From positions 3,584,001-3,648,000 of the forward strand of contig OZ241362.1 in assembly GCA_965200315.1 (NCBI GenBank): DNA of 64,000 nt, read 5' to 3'. Below the pieces are notes generated by a model. The model had not been told where the DNA came from and did no database searches. It worked only from the letters and a program-made list of their open reading frames with translations. Both the position numbers and the translations under genes were made by a program. The first letter of the stretch is position 1, and each line of letters opens with the position of its first letter. Below are positions 9,796-19,095 of the stretch, piece by piece. This DNA is from Candidatus Latescibacterota bacterium (GTDB taxonomy: Bacteria; Latescibacterota; UBA2968; UBA8231).

Positions 9796-10444
9796 TATAG
9801 CTAATCCTACATCATTACATAAGACAATCCGCATAAGGACGCAGCATAGTAGAAACAAGACACGAACTACCAACCACTGACCACGCTTCAGACCAAGTGC
9901 GGAACGTCAGCTAGCAAGACGCAAGCGGCCAGAAAAGGACGCAAAAAATTGCGGTAGCTCACTCCCACGACAGGAACTTGCCACATAGAACCATATCCGT
10001 TACCTATTGCGGGAATATAGCAATCCGACACGCCGGACGCGGCGCGCAGGAGCGCACCCGGTTCGGTCGAGCCCCCGGCGCAACCCCCCCGGGATCGAGG
10101 GCATCCTGCCCTCGAAATACGCCACACGCTTAGGCGACGCGACCGACCCGAAAAGCCGACCGACGGGCGCGGTAGAAGTGCTTCTGATGGCGGCTATAGC
10201 AAGCCTACCTGACTTGCGGTGCTTGCCGGGTTGTGCGCTCGTCGCCTTGGCCCCGCCGTGCTTGGTGGTCCATGCGTACGTCCTTGGGGGCCGGCCGCTG
10301 GCCGGCCAGCGGGCGAGACGCCCGCGCACCCCGCGATGCGACGTGTGGGGTGGGGCGATAAGGGGCGCAGGCTTGAGCCAGCGGGCGAGACGCCCGCGCA
10401 CCCCGCGATGCGACGTATCGTGCGAATGAGGTAGGATTGCTATA
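9796..10444. mobile_element. Cluster of tandem MITE-like elements with TATAGCAATCCTAC-type ends
   Basis: End motifs at 9796 (tatagctaatcctacatcatt), 10016 (tatagcaatcc), 10195 (tatagcaagcctacctga) and inverted at 10424-10444 (gaatgaggtaggattgctata); homologous sequence at 52555-52770. Confidence 0.65.
10305..10416. repeat. Two 40-bp direct repeats containing the REP-like hairpin GCGGGCG-AGA-CGCCCGC
   Basis: gccagcgggcgagacgcccgcgcaccccgcgatgcgacgt at 10305 and 10377. Confidence 0.85.
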
Positions 10445-10515
10445 TAAGGGCGGGCGGTTCAAAAGTGCATGTTCAGTCCCAACGACAACTTTCCACCTCA
10501 ACGTACTCAAAACTC

Positions 10516-11655
10516 GTGAAAATCACAGCCATCAAACTCTCGGTTTTTGAGCTTCCAGCCACTACCCCGCTCTTCGATCTAGAGCAAGTTCCCTACGGCC
10601 ATCGCACCCGCTGGCAGGCCGGCGGTCACCGCCGCGCCGAAGCCCCCATCCACGTGCTACACGTGCTGACTGACGAAGGCTTGGAGGGCATCTGCACGGT
10701 CGGCGACGCCCGCTACCAGACCATGCGCCGCGAGGAATTGGAGGCCCTGCGCATCATGGCCGTCGGCCAAGACCCACTCGACCGCGAGCGGCTCGACGAC
10801 AAGCTGCGTTGGGCTACCCGCTCGCTGTTTTCGCGCCCGGGCTGGCACGGGGCTTTCGACAATTGCCTGTGGGACATCGCCGGGCAAGCGGCCGACCTCC
10901 CAGTCTGCGTTCTAATTGGCCGGACTCGCCCGCGCTGCCGGGCCTATTACAACTTCCCTTCCGGCAGTCTCGACGCCGCTATAGAAGGAGCAGACCAAGC
11001 ACTCGCAGCAGGCTTTGTGGCGCTCAAGGACCATTGGTCTGGCCCCCCCGACACCAACATCGCGTGGTCGCGTGCCATCCGCGATCACGTCGGCTCGGAC
11101 ATCGATTTGTTGCACGACGCGGCCGGCAGCCCCTACACCCTGCGCGAAGCCCTGCGCGTTGGCCGTGCGCTGGAGGAACTCAACTACGGCTGGTTTGAAG
11201 AGGCCATATCCGACCGCGATCTCCAGGGATTGCAAATGCTGTGCGCCGAACTCGACATCCCCGTCATGGCCCTTGAGACCCTGATGCACGACTGCGAACT
11301 CTGCACCGCTTGGGTTCGCGCCGCGGCCACGGACCTCGTCCGCGCCAACGCCCGCCACGGCACCACAGCCACCCTCAAACTCGCGGCAATGGCCGCCGCC
11401 CATCGCACCACCATCGAACTCAACGGCCCGGGCGGCCTTTTTGGCCTAGTCCACGCCCACCTAGTCTGCGCCCTGCAAAACACCACGTACTACGAGTATT
11501 TCCCCGGCGGCAGCCGCGACGAAATTGGCCGCGAGATCGGCCTGCTCAATCCTCCACTGCCCGTCGATGGGTACATCGCGCCGCCGACCAGCCCAGGCTG
11601 GGGAGCCGAGTGGGATCGGGCCTATTTCGCCAAAAAGCGCGTGGCTGAATGGTAG
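10516..11655 (+). CDS. Mandelate racemase / enolase superfamily enzyme
   Basis: DNCLWDIAG, LKDH, HDAAG, WFEE, PGWG; GTG start inferred. Confidence 0.82.
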   Translation: MKITAIKLSVFELPATTPLFDLEQVPYGHRTRWQAGGHRRAEAPIHVLHVLTDEGLEGICTVGDARYQTMRREELEALRIMAVGQDPLDRERLDDKLRWATRSLFSRPGWHGAFDNCLWDIAGQAADLPVCVLIGRTRPRCRAYYNFPSGSLDAAIEGADQALAAGFVALKDHWSGPPDTNIAWSRAIRDHVGSDIDLLHDAAGSPYTLREALRVGRALEELNYGWFEEAISDRDLQGLQMLCAELDIPVMALETLMHDCELCTAWVRAAATDLVRANARHGTTATLKLAAMAAAHRTTIELNGPGGLFGLVHAHLVCALQNTTYYEYFPGGSRDEIGREIGLLNPPLPVDGYIAPPTSPGWGAEWDRAYFAKKRVAEW

Positions 11656-11664
11656 GACCGCGCT

Positions 11665-12072
11665 TTACCCAACTTCGGCGATGGTTTCGTCCTGCACCCC
11701 GTGCCGACGCAAACTCTCGATGAAGGACGCTAACCAAGCGCACCAAATCTCGCCGCAGCCGTTTCTTCAAGTCCCTGGTCTTCATAGGATCGTCTCTCTA
11801 CTCAAGCGGTGGAAGGGCCGAAATGATGCGAAAAATATCGCCTTGGCGTTCGGTATAAACGACATAGAGAACATTCCATTCAAGAGTCATGCCGATAAGG
11901 GTTTCTCGATGCTCACCAGCACTTTGCTCTTCACCTACGCGATAGACAAACGGATCAAAGAACACTTCGCAGGCCGTTTCAAAAGAGACCTGATGCTTTT
12001 TTAGGTTAGCCGCGGCTTTGGCTGCGTCCCACTCTCAAACAGGACGCCATGCAGAGCATAGCGAATATCCAT
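11665..12072 (-). pseudogene. Decayed BrnT-family toxin plus internally deleted antitoxin
   Basis: MDIRYALHGVLFE, then a frameshift to WDAAKAAANLKKHQVSFETACEVFFDP..FRIISA (stop 11798). The antitoxin reads MKTRDLKKRLRRD joined out of frame to ..FIESLRRHGVQDETIAEVG*. Confidence 0.7.
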
Positions 12073-12224
12073 AGAACTAAGATTGTATATACAACGTCAA
12101 TACACGTGCGATAGGATAATTCCATCGCCAGCAGTGGGTCGAGCGAGCCTCATCCCGCTTGAAGCACATGACCGCATTCGCTAAGTTACGGGATAAAGTA
12201 GCATCACTCAGGAAGTAACCCACC

Positions 12225-12935
12225 GTGAACCTCAACGCCGCCCAAGTCCAATCCTACCGCGCCCAAGGCTACCTCGTCGTGCCGGAGGTATTCGCGCCCG
12301 CACAAGCCGAGGCCATGATCGGCCACTACATGAAACTCCGCGCCCAAGGCCCTCATCCGGGCGACAGCGGCGGAACCGACGACCAGCCCGACGACCCCAA
12401 CCACGCCTATCCGCGCATGATCAACATGCACGACTGGGATCCCGCCAGCGCCACTTGGGCAACCCGTTCCGATCTGCTCGCCGCGGTTGAACAGCTCATC
12501 GGCGACGAGCCGGTCCTGCGCCAGACCATGCTCTACTTCAAGCCGCCCGGCGGCCGCGGCCAAGGCCTGCACCAAGACGAACAGTACATCACCACCGACC
12601 CCCTAATCGGCCTGTGGATCGCCCTCGACCCGTCCGACGCTGCCGTGGGCCAGATGGTCGTCGTTCCCGGCTCACACGATCAGCTCCAGCCCGTTGAAAA
12701 GGCCGACACCCGCGTCTCTTTCACCCGTGCTCAGAGCCAGCTACCGCCCGGAGCCGCAATCGTCGCCCTCGACATGGCTCCGGGCGACGGCCTCTTCTTC
12801 GACGGCAAAACCATCCACGGCTCCTATCCCAACCAGACCACCGACCGCTGGCGGCGCAGTTTTATCTGCCACTATATCGGCAAACGCGCCGAACACTTCG
12901 AGCCGCCCCAAGGCTTTCACGTGGGGCACGTGTGA
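12225..12935 (+). CDS. Phytanoyl-CoA dioxygenase (PhyH) family
   Basis: FKPPGGRGQGLHQD, VVPGSH, IHGSYPN. Confidence 0.9.
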   Translation: MNLNAAQVQSYRAQGYLVVPEVFAPAQAEAMIGHYMKLRAQGPHPGDSGGTDDQPDDPNHAYPRMINMHDWDPASATWATRSDLLAAVEQLIGDEPVLRQTMLYFKPPGGRGQGLHQDEQYITTDPLIGLWIALDPSDAAVGQMVVVPGSHDQLQPVEKADTRVSFTRAQSQLPPGAAIVALDMAPGDGLFFDGKTIHGSYPNQTTDRWRRSFICHYIGKRAEHFEPPQGFHVGHV

Positions 12936-12944
12936 GACAACGCC

Positions 12945-13757
12945 GTGGCCTTTGCTTTTTCCGACCACCACATCGATGAGTACCGCACTCAGGGCTATAC
13001 AGTCTTTCGCCAAATCCTGCCTCCTTCCCTCGTCGCCGATCTACGCCGCGTATGCGACGAGGCGCGAGGCTTGGCCCGCCAACAGCGTGGCCCCCAAGCC
13101 CAGCGCTTGCAGCCGATGGCCGACTTCCCGCTCGATCAACAGCCTTTTATCGACTACGCCGAACTCCCCGCGCTCAACGACGCACTCCACTGCTTGCTCT
13201 CGCCGGATTTTCGCGTCGGCCGGCCGCAGGTCATGGGCGTGCTCTTTGAACCAGCCGAGTCGCCGTGGTGTACCCACTGGCACCGCGACTGGCGCGACAA
13301 TATGCCCGGCTTGGAGCTGGCGCGCTGGGACCAACACTTTGCCGACGACCGCTACTTCAACCAAGTCAACTGCGCCCTGTACGCCGATTCATGCACGTGG
13401 GTCGTCCCCGGCAGTCATCTGCGCCGCGACCTGCCGGGCGAAGCAGCACGCTTCCCCGAGCGGCCCATTGCCACGCCCGATCTCGTAGGACAATCCGCTA
13501 CCGAGCGCGAGTCTAGCTGCCGCGAATACGCCCAGAGTATGCCCGGTGCCCGGCAGCTCTTCCTCGACGCCGGCGACTTCTGCCTCTATCGCAACACCCT
13601 ATGGCACATCGGCAACTACGTGCCCTACGCCAAGAGGGCGACCCTGCACGACTCCGTAGATACCGATGAGTTTGCAGCGTGGCGCGACGAAACCTTGGGC
13701 ATAGTCCAAGAGCGGCGGGCGGCGGGACACGGCATGGAGAATCCCAATCATGGCTAA
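12945..13757 (+). CDS. PhyH-family dioxygenase
   Basis: WHRD, VVPGSH, LWHIG. Confidence 0.85.
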   Translation: MAFAFSDHHIDEYRTQGYTVFRQILPPSLVADLRRVCDEARGLARQQRGPQAQRLQPMADFPLDQQPFIDYAELPALNDALHCLLSPDFRVGRPQVMGVLFEPAESPWCTHWHRDWRDNMPGLELARWDQHFADDRYFNQVNCALYADSCTWVVPGSHLRRDLPGEAARFPERPIATPDLVGQSATERESSCREYAQSMPGARQLFLDAGDFCLYRNTLWHIGNYVPYAKRATLHDSVDTDEFAAWRDETLGIVQERRAAGHGMENPNHG

Positions 13758-14073
13758 AAACAGCCGCCTCGTGTATTCTTCTGATCTTGGCCGCGTACAG
13801 CAGCCGAAAAAGCAAGCTGCCGTCCCCACTGGCGACGGCATTGCCCGCGTGCGCCGCGAAAAGAAGGGCCGTGGCGGCAAAACCGTCACCACGGTGTCGG
13901 GCTTGCGGCTATCCGCAGCCGAACTGAAAACCCTCGCCTCTGAACTCAAGCGCAAATGCGGCAGCGGCGGATCGGTCGTCGATCGGGTAATAGAAATTCA
14001 AGGGGACAAAGTGGATGTCGTGCTCGCCGAACTGGCCAAGCGCGGCTATCAGGCCAAGCGGGCTGGCGGCTGA
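13750..14073 (+). CDS. yciH: SUI1-family translation factor YciH
   Basis: LVYSSD, KGRGGKTVT, LKRKCGSGG, IEIQGD. Confidence 0.93.
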   Translation: MAKNSRLVYSSDLGRVQQPKKQAAVPTGDGIARVRREKKGRGGKTVTTVSGLRLSAAELKTLASELKRKCGSGGSVVDRVIEIQGDKVDVVLAELAKRGYQAKRAGG

Positions 14074-14673
14074 TCACTCCAGCTCAAATACAAATGGCAG
14101 GTTGACCCACACCGGAACAGCACGATCGTTCTGCACGGCCGGCGAAAACTCCCAAGTCTTGGCGGCCTGCGCCACCGTGCGCTGGAAGGCCTGCGGCCCC
14201 TCGATGCGGTCGATGTGCTCGACCCGCCCCGTGCGACCCACCAACACCCGCGCAAAGACCTTGCCCTCCACCAGTGCCTTCCGCGCACTGTCGGGATAGG
14301 CCGGCAGAATCCTCTTAAGCACTTTCGGCGGCTGTTCCACCATCCACAATTCCGCGGCCTCTATTTCCGCTTCTAAAGGGAACTCGGTCACCACTACGGG
14401 CAGCGGCAATTTCTGCTCGCGCACGGGCGGCGCGTACGCCACCGGCTCGATGCGCCGGACCGGTGGCGGCAAGGGCAGCCGCATCTCGGTCTCAGGAACC
14501 AGTTCCAGTTCGATAGTCACAGGCTGCTGCACGAGCCTTCTCGCATCGAACGCAATCTGCGGGTCAATCGCCACCACCGCGGCGAGCAACAAGACCACAA
14601 ACCCCACCGAAGCCCACAGGTCCCGCTCATAGGTTCGCTTGAGATCTGCATCTTTGCTCTTCAGCCGGATCAC
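14074..14673 (-). CDS. Energy transducer TonB family
   Basis: N-terminal TM, Pro-rich linker, YP..A...VEGKV, WEFSPA..VPVWV. Confidence 0.8.
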   Translation of the reverse strand: MIRLKSKDADLKRTYERDLWASVGFVVLLLAAVVAIDPQIAFDARRLVQQPVTIELELVPETEMRLPLPPPVRRIEPVAYAPPVREQKLPLPVVVTEFPLEAEIEAAELWMVEQPPKVLKRILPAYPDSARKALVEGKVFARVLVGRTGRVEHIDRIEGPQAFQRTVAQAAKTWEFSPAVQNDRAVPVWVNLPFVFELE

Positions 14674-14686
14674 GCTGGCCTCGGTA

Positions 14687-15964
14687 TCAATTAGAGGGCG
14701 GAATTTGCTTGCCTTGCGGGTCCTGCTCGTCGCTGATTTGCGCCCCTAACTCGGCTGCCAACTCGCCGCCGATAAAGTGCTCAATCGCGTCGGCAGGGTC
14801 GTGTACGTGATCTGCGGGCAGGCCCAGATGGCTCATATAGGTCTCCCAAAGCCGGTGATAGCGCAACAGGCGTAGCGCGGCTTGTTGGCCCTTGGCAGAC
14901 AAGCCGACCACGCCATTGGCCTGCACCAGCAGTTGCCGCCGCCGCAGACGGCCAAACGCCAGCTGCGCCAGCGGACTCCAAACGGCCGCGGTCGCTACCA
15001 AATCGGCGGGCCGCAGCCCAGCCCGCTCGACCTCCTGCTCTTTGCGCCGCACCAATGCCAGCAGCATGTGATCCTGCGCCACTTGCAGCGACAGCCGCAC
15101 GCGCTGAAAAATTCGCGCCAGTACGCCTTGATTAGGCGAAAAAAGCAGGGAAAAAAGAAATATCCCACCAATGACCACCACCATAGCACCGGCGATGGAG
15201 CTATTCCAGAAGCTGGCCAAAAAGTAACCCGCCACGGCCGAGACGATCCCAAAGAACACGGCTAATCCCAGCACCGCGATGAGCCGATCGCTCCACAAGT
15301 ACGCGGCTGCCCCGGGCACAATCAGCATGGCTACGACCAAGATCGCGCCCACGGACTCAAACGACGCCACTGTCGTCAATGCGACCAAACCCATCAAGAG
15401 ATAGTGCATCAGCGTGGCGTTGATCCCCACCGATATGGCGAGGGCCGGATCAAACGCGGAAATTTTGAATTCCTTGTACAAGAGCGCGATCACCGTCAGA
15501 TTAATCACCAGCATCGCGCCCAATATCCACACCGGCCGCGGCCCCAGCGATTGGTCGCCCCACAGCAGCAGATCCCAAGGGGTATAGGCGATTTCGCCAT
15601 AGAGCACGCACTCCTGATCGAGATCTACTTGACCGGCGTACGCAGTAATGATCACCACACCCAGCGCGAAAAGGGCGGTAAACACAATGCCGATGGCCGC
15701 GTCTTCTTGTACGCGCCACCGCCGGTGAAATGCCTCTACCAACAGCGCGGTCACCAAGCCGAAGACGGCCGCGCCCAAAAACATCGGCAGCACCGCACGG
15801 CTGCTCGACAGCAGAAAGGCCACGGCGATCCCCGGCAGCACGGCGTGGCTCAAAGCGTCGCCCAACAGCGACATCTTGCGCAGCACCAAGAAGGTGCCCA
15901 ACAGGGCGCAGGACGCGGTGACCAACACGCCGGTGAGTACGATCCAAAAAGCACCTTCGATCAT
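14687..15964 (-). CDS. mntD: Mn/Zn/Fe ABC permease (TroD/MntD) with C-terminal DtxR-like domain
   Basis: GDALSHAVLPG; C-terminal HRLWETYM..HVHDPADAIEH..DPQGKQIP. Confidence 0.88.
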   Translation of the reverse strand: MIEGAFWIVLTGVLVTASCALLGTFLVLRKMSLLGDALSHAVLPGIAVAFLLSSSRAVLPMFLGAAVFGLVTALLVEAFHRRWRVQEDAAIGIVFTALFALGVVIITAYAGQVDLDQECVLYGEIAYTPWDLLLWGDQSLGPRPVWILGAMLVINLTVIALLYKEFKISAFDPALAISVGINATLMHYLLMGLVALTTVASFESVGAILVVAMLIVPGAAAYLWSDRLIAVLGLAVFFGIVSAVAGYFLASFWNSSIAGAMVVVIGGIFLFSLLFSPNQGVLARIFQRVRLSLQVAQDHMLLALVRRKEQEVERAGLRPADLVATAAVWSPLAQLAFGRLRRRQLLVQANGVVGLSAKGQQAALRLLRYHRLWETYMSHLGLPADHVHDPADAIEHFIGGELAAELGAQISDEQDPQGKQIPPSN

Positions 15965-17289
15965 TCGCGGCCTCCCCGGCGGTAGTGGCTGCCGGTGCCG
16001 TGGATATTGACGATCCGGGCCGGGTCCAGCCCTTGCTCGCGCTGGAGGATGTCCTCTAGCTCGGCGATGATTTCCGGCGTCAGCAAGTGCTCTACTTCGT
16101 CGGCGGGCCGATCCACGTGATCGGCGTCGAGAATGGCTCGATAGTACAAATAGTGCTCCCACAAGCGGTGCGATTTAACCACGAAAAGCCCTTCCTCTGC
16201 GCCTAGGGACGTCAGGGCGAAACGCCCGTCCTGACTGGAGACGAGTCCCTTTTCGGCCAGCCGCCGCCCGAGGCGTTTGACCCGATCCGGCGACAAGCCC
16301 ATCTCAATGGCCAGCTCCTCCACGGTCAAGGGGCGCTCCGCCTCCAGCTTCTCTTGTAGCTCGACGCAGGCGCGCAAAAAGTGCTGCTGGCTCTCGCGGT
16401 GGATGTTGTGCCGCTGCCTGCGCCACCGCGCCAACACCCCTCGCTGGGGTGCAAAAAGCGCCGACACCACAAAGCACAAGGTGGCGATGAGCACCATCAC
16501 CGGGCCAGTGGGAATCCGCGGCACCAAGGAACTGATGAAGGTGCCGACGACCCCAGACAAGCCCCCGAAAAAAGCGGCGAGTAGCACCATCTTGTGCAGG
16601 TGCTCGGTCCAAAAGCGCGCCGCCACAGCCGGCGTGATGAGCATGGCCGCAATCAGCACCACGCCTACGGCCTGCAAGCCCACGATCACGGTCAGCGCGA
16701 TCAGCCCCATCAACAAGGCGTCGATCCAGCGGGCCGAGTAGCCGAGCGTCTGCAAAAAGTCCGCATCGAAAATCAGGGCCTTGAATTCCTTAAAAAACAG
16801 GGCCACCGCGAGGATGATAAGGCCCGCCAGCACGCTCATGACGCGCAGGTCGTCATCCACCAGCGAGGCCGCCTGGCCAAAGAGGAACTTGTCCAAACCG
16901 CTCTGATTGCCCGTGCCGACCCGCTGGACGTGGGTCAACAGCACGATCCCCACGCCAAAAAATACCGACAGGACAATGCCGATGGCCGAATCCGCTTTGA
17001 CGCGGGTAAAGCTGATGATGAACTGCATCACCAATACGCCGAGCACCCCGGAAATCGCCGCGCCTGTCAGCAGCACCGGCAGGGCCTTGCTCCCAGTCCA
17101 CAAATAAGCCAACGCCACCCCGGGCAGGGCCGCGTGCGCCAGCGCGTCGCCGACGAGGCTCCGCCGCCGCAACACCGCAAACGACCCCAGCAACCCGCCG
17201 GTCGCGCCGATCAGCAGGGAGCCTAAGAGCACAAAGCGCACGTTGGCGTCGGCCAAGCTCAAGAAGCGCAGGGCGTTTTCGGCTAGCAT
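15961..17289 (-). CDS. mntC: Mn/Zn/Fe ABC permease (TroC/MntC) with C-terminal DtxR-like domain
   Basis: GDALAHAALPG; C-terminal HTH plus HRLWEHYL..ADEVEH. Confidence 0.88.
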   Translation of the reverse strand: MLAENALRFLSLADANVRFVLLGSLLIGATGGLLGSFAVLRRRSLVGDALAHAALPGVALAYLWTGSKALPVLLTGAAISGVLGVLVMQFIISFTRVKADSAIGIVLSVFFGVGIVLLTHVQRVGTGNQSGLDKFLFGQAASLVDDDLRVMSVLAGLIILAVALFFKEFKALIFDADFLQTLGYSARWIDALLMGLIALTVIVGLQAVGVVLIAAMLITPAVAARFWTEHLHKMVLLAAFFGGLSGVVGTFISSLVPRIPTGPVMVLIATLCFVVSALFAPQRGVLARWRRQRHNIHRESQQHFLRACVELQEKLEAERPLTVEELAIEMGLSPDRVKRLGRRLAEKGLVSSQDGRFALTSLGAEEGLFVVKSHRLWEHYLYYRAILDADHVDRPADEVEHLLTPEIIAELEDILQREQGLDPARIVNIHGTGSHYRRGGRE

Positions 17290-17291
17290 CG

Positions 17292-18062
17292 TCAGCCCTC
17301 GCGCCGCTGCTCGGCCATGGCTTGGGCGGCCTGCGAGAGCACGGTCAGCCGGCCCCCGTAGGTCTTTTGTAGGTTGCCGTCGGTAAAGACCTCGCGGGTT
17401 GGGCCAGACGCCACGACCCGCATGTTGAGCATGATGACCCAATCGAAATATTCGGTTACGGTCTGCAAATCGTGATGCACGACCAAGATGGTTTTGCCCT
17501 GCTGGCGCAGGGCTACCAAGCTGTCGATAATTGCGCGCTCGGTCGCCGCATCCACGCCGGCAAACGGCTCGTCCATGATGTAGATGCGGGCCTCTTGGGC
17601 CAAGGCGCGAGCGAGAAAGACCCGCTGCTGCTGGCCGCCCGATAGCTGGCTGATCTGCCGCTCAGCAAAGGGGGTCATGCCCACTTCGTCGAGGGCCGCC
17701 CAAGCCAAGCGGCGATCTTCCTTGCTCGGCCGCCGCATCCATCCCACATGGCCGTAGCGGCCCATCAGCACCACGTCGAGCGCACTGACTGGGAAGTCCC
17801 AATCCACGGATTCGCGTTGCGGCACATAGCCGATGATCTTGCGCATCTGGCGGTAGTCCTCTCCGTAGATCTTGACCCATCCCGACGCCTTGGGCACGAG
17901 GTCCATAATGGCCTTAATCATGGTGCTTTTGCCCGAGCCGTTGGGACCGATGATGCCCACGAGCTGTCCTTCGGGCACATCTAGGTCCACGTCCCACAGC
18001 ACCGGCTTCTTGTGGTAGGCAATGGTCATATCGTGGATCTGGATGGGATGGGGGGCACTCAC
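17292..18062 (-). CDS. mntB: Metal ABC transporter ATPase
   Basis: GPNGSGKS, LSGGQQQR, DEPF, VHHDL. Confidence 0.93.
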   Translation of the reverse strand: MSAPHPIQIHDMTIAYHKKPVLWDVDLDVPEGQLVGIIGPNGSGKSTMIKAIMDLVPKASGWVKIYGEDYRQMRKIIGYVPQRESVDWDFPVSALDVVLMGRYGHVGWMRRPSKEDRRLAWAALDEVGMTPFAERQISQLSGGQQQRVFLARALAQEARIYIMDEPFAGVDAATERAIIDSLVALRQQGKTILVVHHDLQTVTEYFDWVIMLNMRVVASGPTREVFTDGNLQKTYGGRLTVLSQAAQAMAEQRREG

Positions 18063-18973
18063 CGCAAGGCTCCCACAATGGTGTTGACATTGCTTTCGAC
18101 CATGCCCACATAGGTGTCGGCCCCGCTACCAGCGGCCCCCATCGCATCCGAGTATAGAGTGCCGCCTATTTCCACTTGGAAGCCGCGGTCTAAGCACCCT
18201 TCGCGCACGGCCTCAATTGAGCGCACGGGTACGCTGCTCTCGACGAAGATGGCCTTGACCTGGCGCTCCACGATCAGATCGACTAGCTGGGTGACGTCGT
18301 TGACCCCGTAGTCGGCCACCGTGGAAATGCCTTGCAGGCCGACGACCTCCACTCCGTAGGCCCGGCCAAAATAGCCAAAGGCGTCGTGGGCCGTAATCAG
18401 CACGCGGCTGGCCTCCGGCAGCAGCTCGACCTGCTCGACGACCCATTGGTTCAGCGCGTCGAGGCGCTCCCGGTAGCGCGTACCGTTCTGGCGATAGACC
18501 GACGCCCCGTCCGGGTCTAGCGCGCTCAGACGAGCCACGACCGGCTCAATCGCCTGCGCCCACAGCGATACATCGAACCATATATGGGGATCGAAGTTGC
18601 CCTCGAATTCCGGGGGGCGCAGCAAGCGCTCTTCTGGTATTTGCGCGGCCACGGCCAACACCTGCTTGCTGCGGGCCATTTTGGCGAAGATGTCTTCCAT
18701 CTTGCCTTCGAGAAAAAGGCCGTTGAAGAGAATCAGATCCGCAGCCGTCAGCTTGGCCAAATCGCCTTGCGATGCCTTGTAGTAATGAGGATCAACGCCC
18801 GGCCCCATCATCCCGACCACCGCGATGCGATCGCCGCCGATATTCCGGGCGAGGTCGGCCACCATCCCGGTGGTACACACCACCTCGATCCGCCCGTCTT
18901 TGCGTTCGGGAGCATCGCAACCGAGCGCATACAACAAAATGAAAATCCAGAGCATGTTCCTTGGCTTATCCAA
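18059..18973 (-). CDS. mntA: Metal ABC substrate-binding lipoprotein (TroA/MntA)
   Basis: Lipobox ALGC, DPHYY, DPHIW, HDAFGYF, LYSDAMG; alternative ATG at 18955. Confidence 0.92.
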   Translation of the reverse strand: MDKPRNMLWIFILLYALGCDAPERKDGRIEVVCTTGMVADLARNIGGDRIAVVGMMGPGVDPHYYKASQGDLAKLTAADLILFNGLFLEGKMEDIFAKMARSKQVLAVAAQIPEERLLRPPEFEGNFDPHIWFDVSLWAQAIEPVVARLSALDPDGASVYRQNGTRYRERLDALNQWVVEQVELLPEASRVLITAHDAFGYFGRAYGVEVVGLQGISTVADYGVNDVTQLVDLIVERQVKAIFVESSVPVRSIEAVREGCLDRGFQVEIGGTLYSDAMGAAGSGADTYVGMVESNVNTIVGALR

Positions 18974-19024
18974 TTTTAGTTAAAATTCAAACTAAAAATT
19001 TAGTTATGGCTAAAAATATGTCAA
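18972..19024 (-). promoter_or_regulatory. Putative mnt promoter overlapped by a DtxR/MntR-type operator
   Basis: Minus strand TTGACA-16nt-TAAATT; palindrome TTTAG-ttatgg-CTAAA at 18999-19014 and a second inverted repeat ttttagtt..aactaaaa at 18974-18997. Confidence 0.6.
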
Positions 19025-19095
19025 GGTCATTGCTAAATCTGCTTTTGGCCCTATCTTAAAGAGCGAGGCAAGGCCCATAATTTTGGAGGTAAGGG

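Noticed and set aside
10305-10416. 40-bp repeats with a 32-bp spacer resembling a mini CRISPR array
   Set aside because: Only two units, no cas genes or AT-rich leader; the repeat is a REP-like hairpin also found at 52696 inside a MITE-like element
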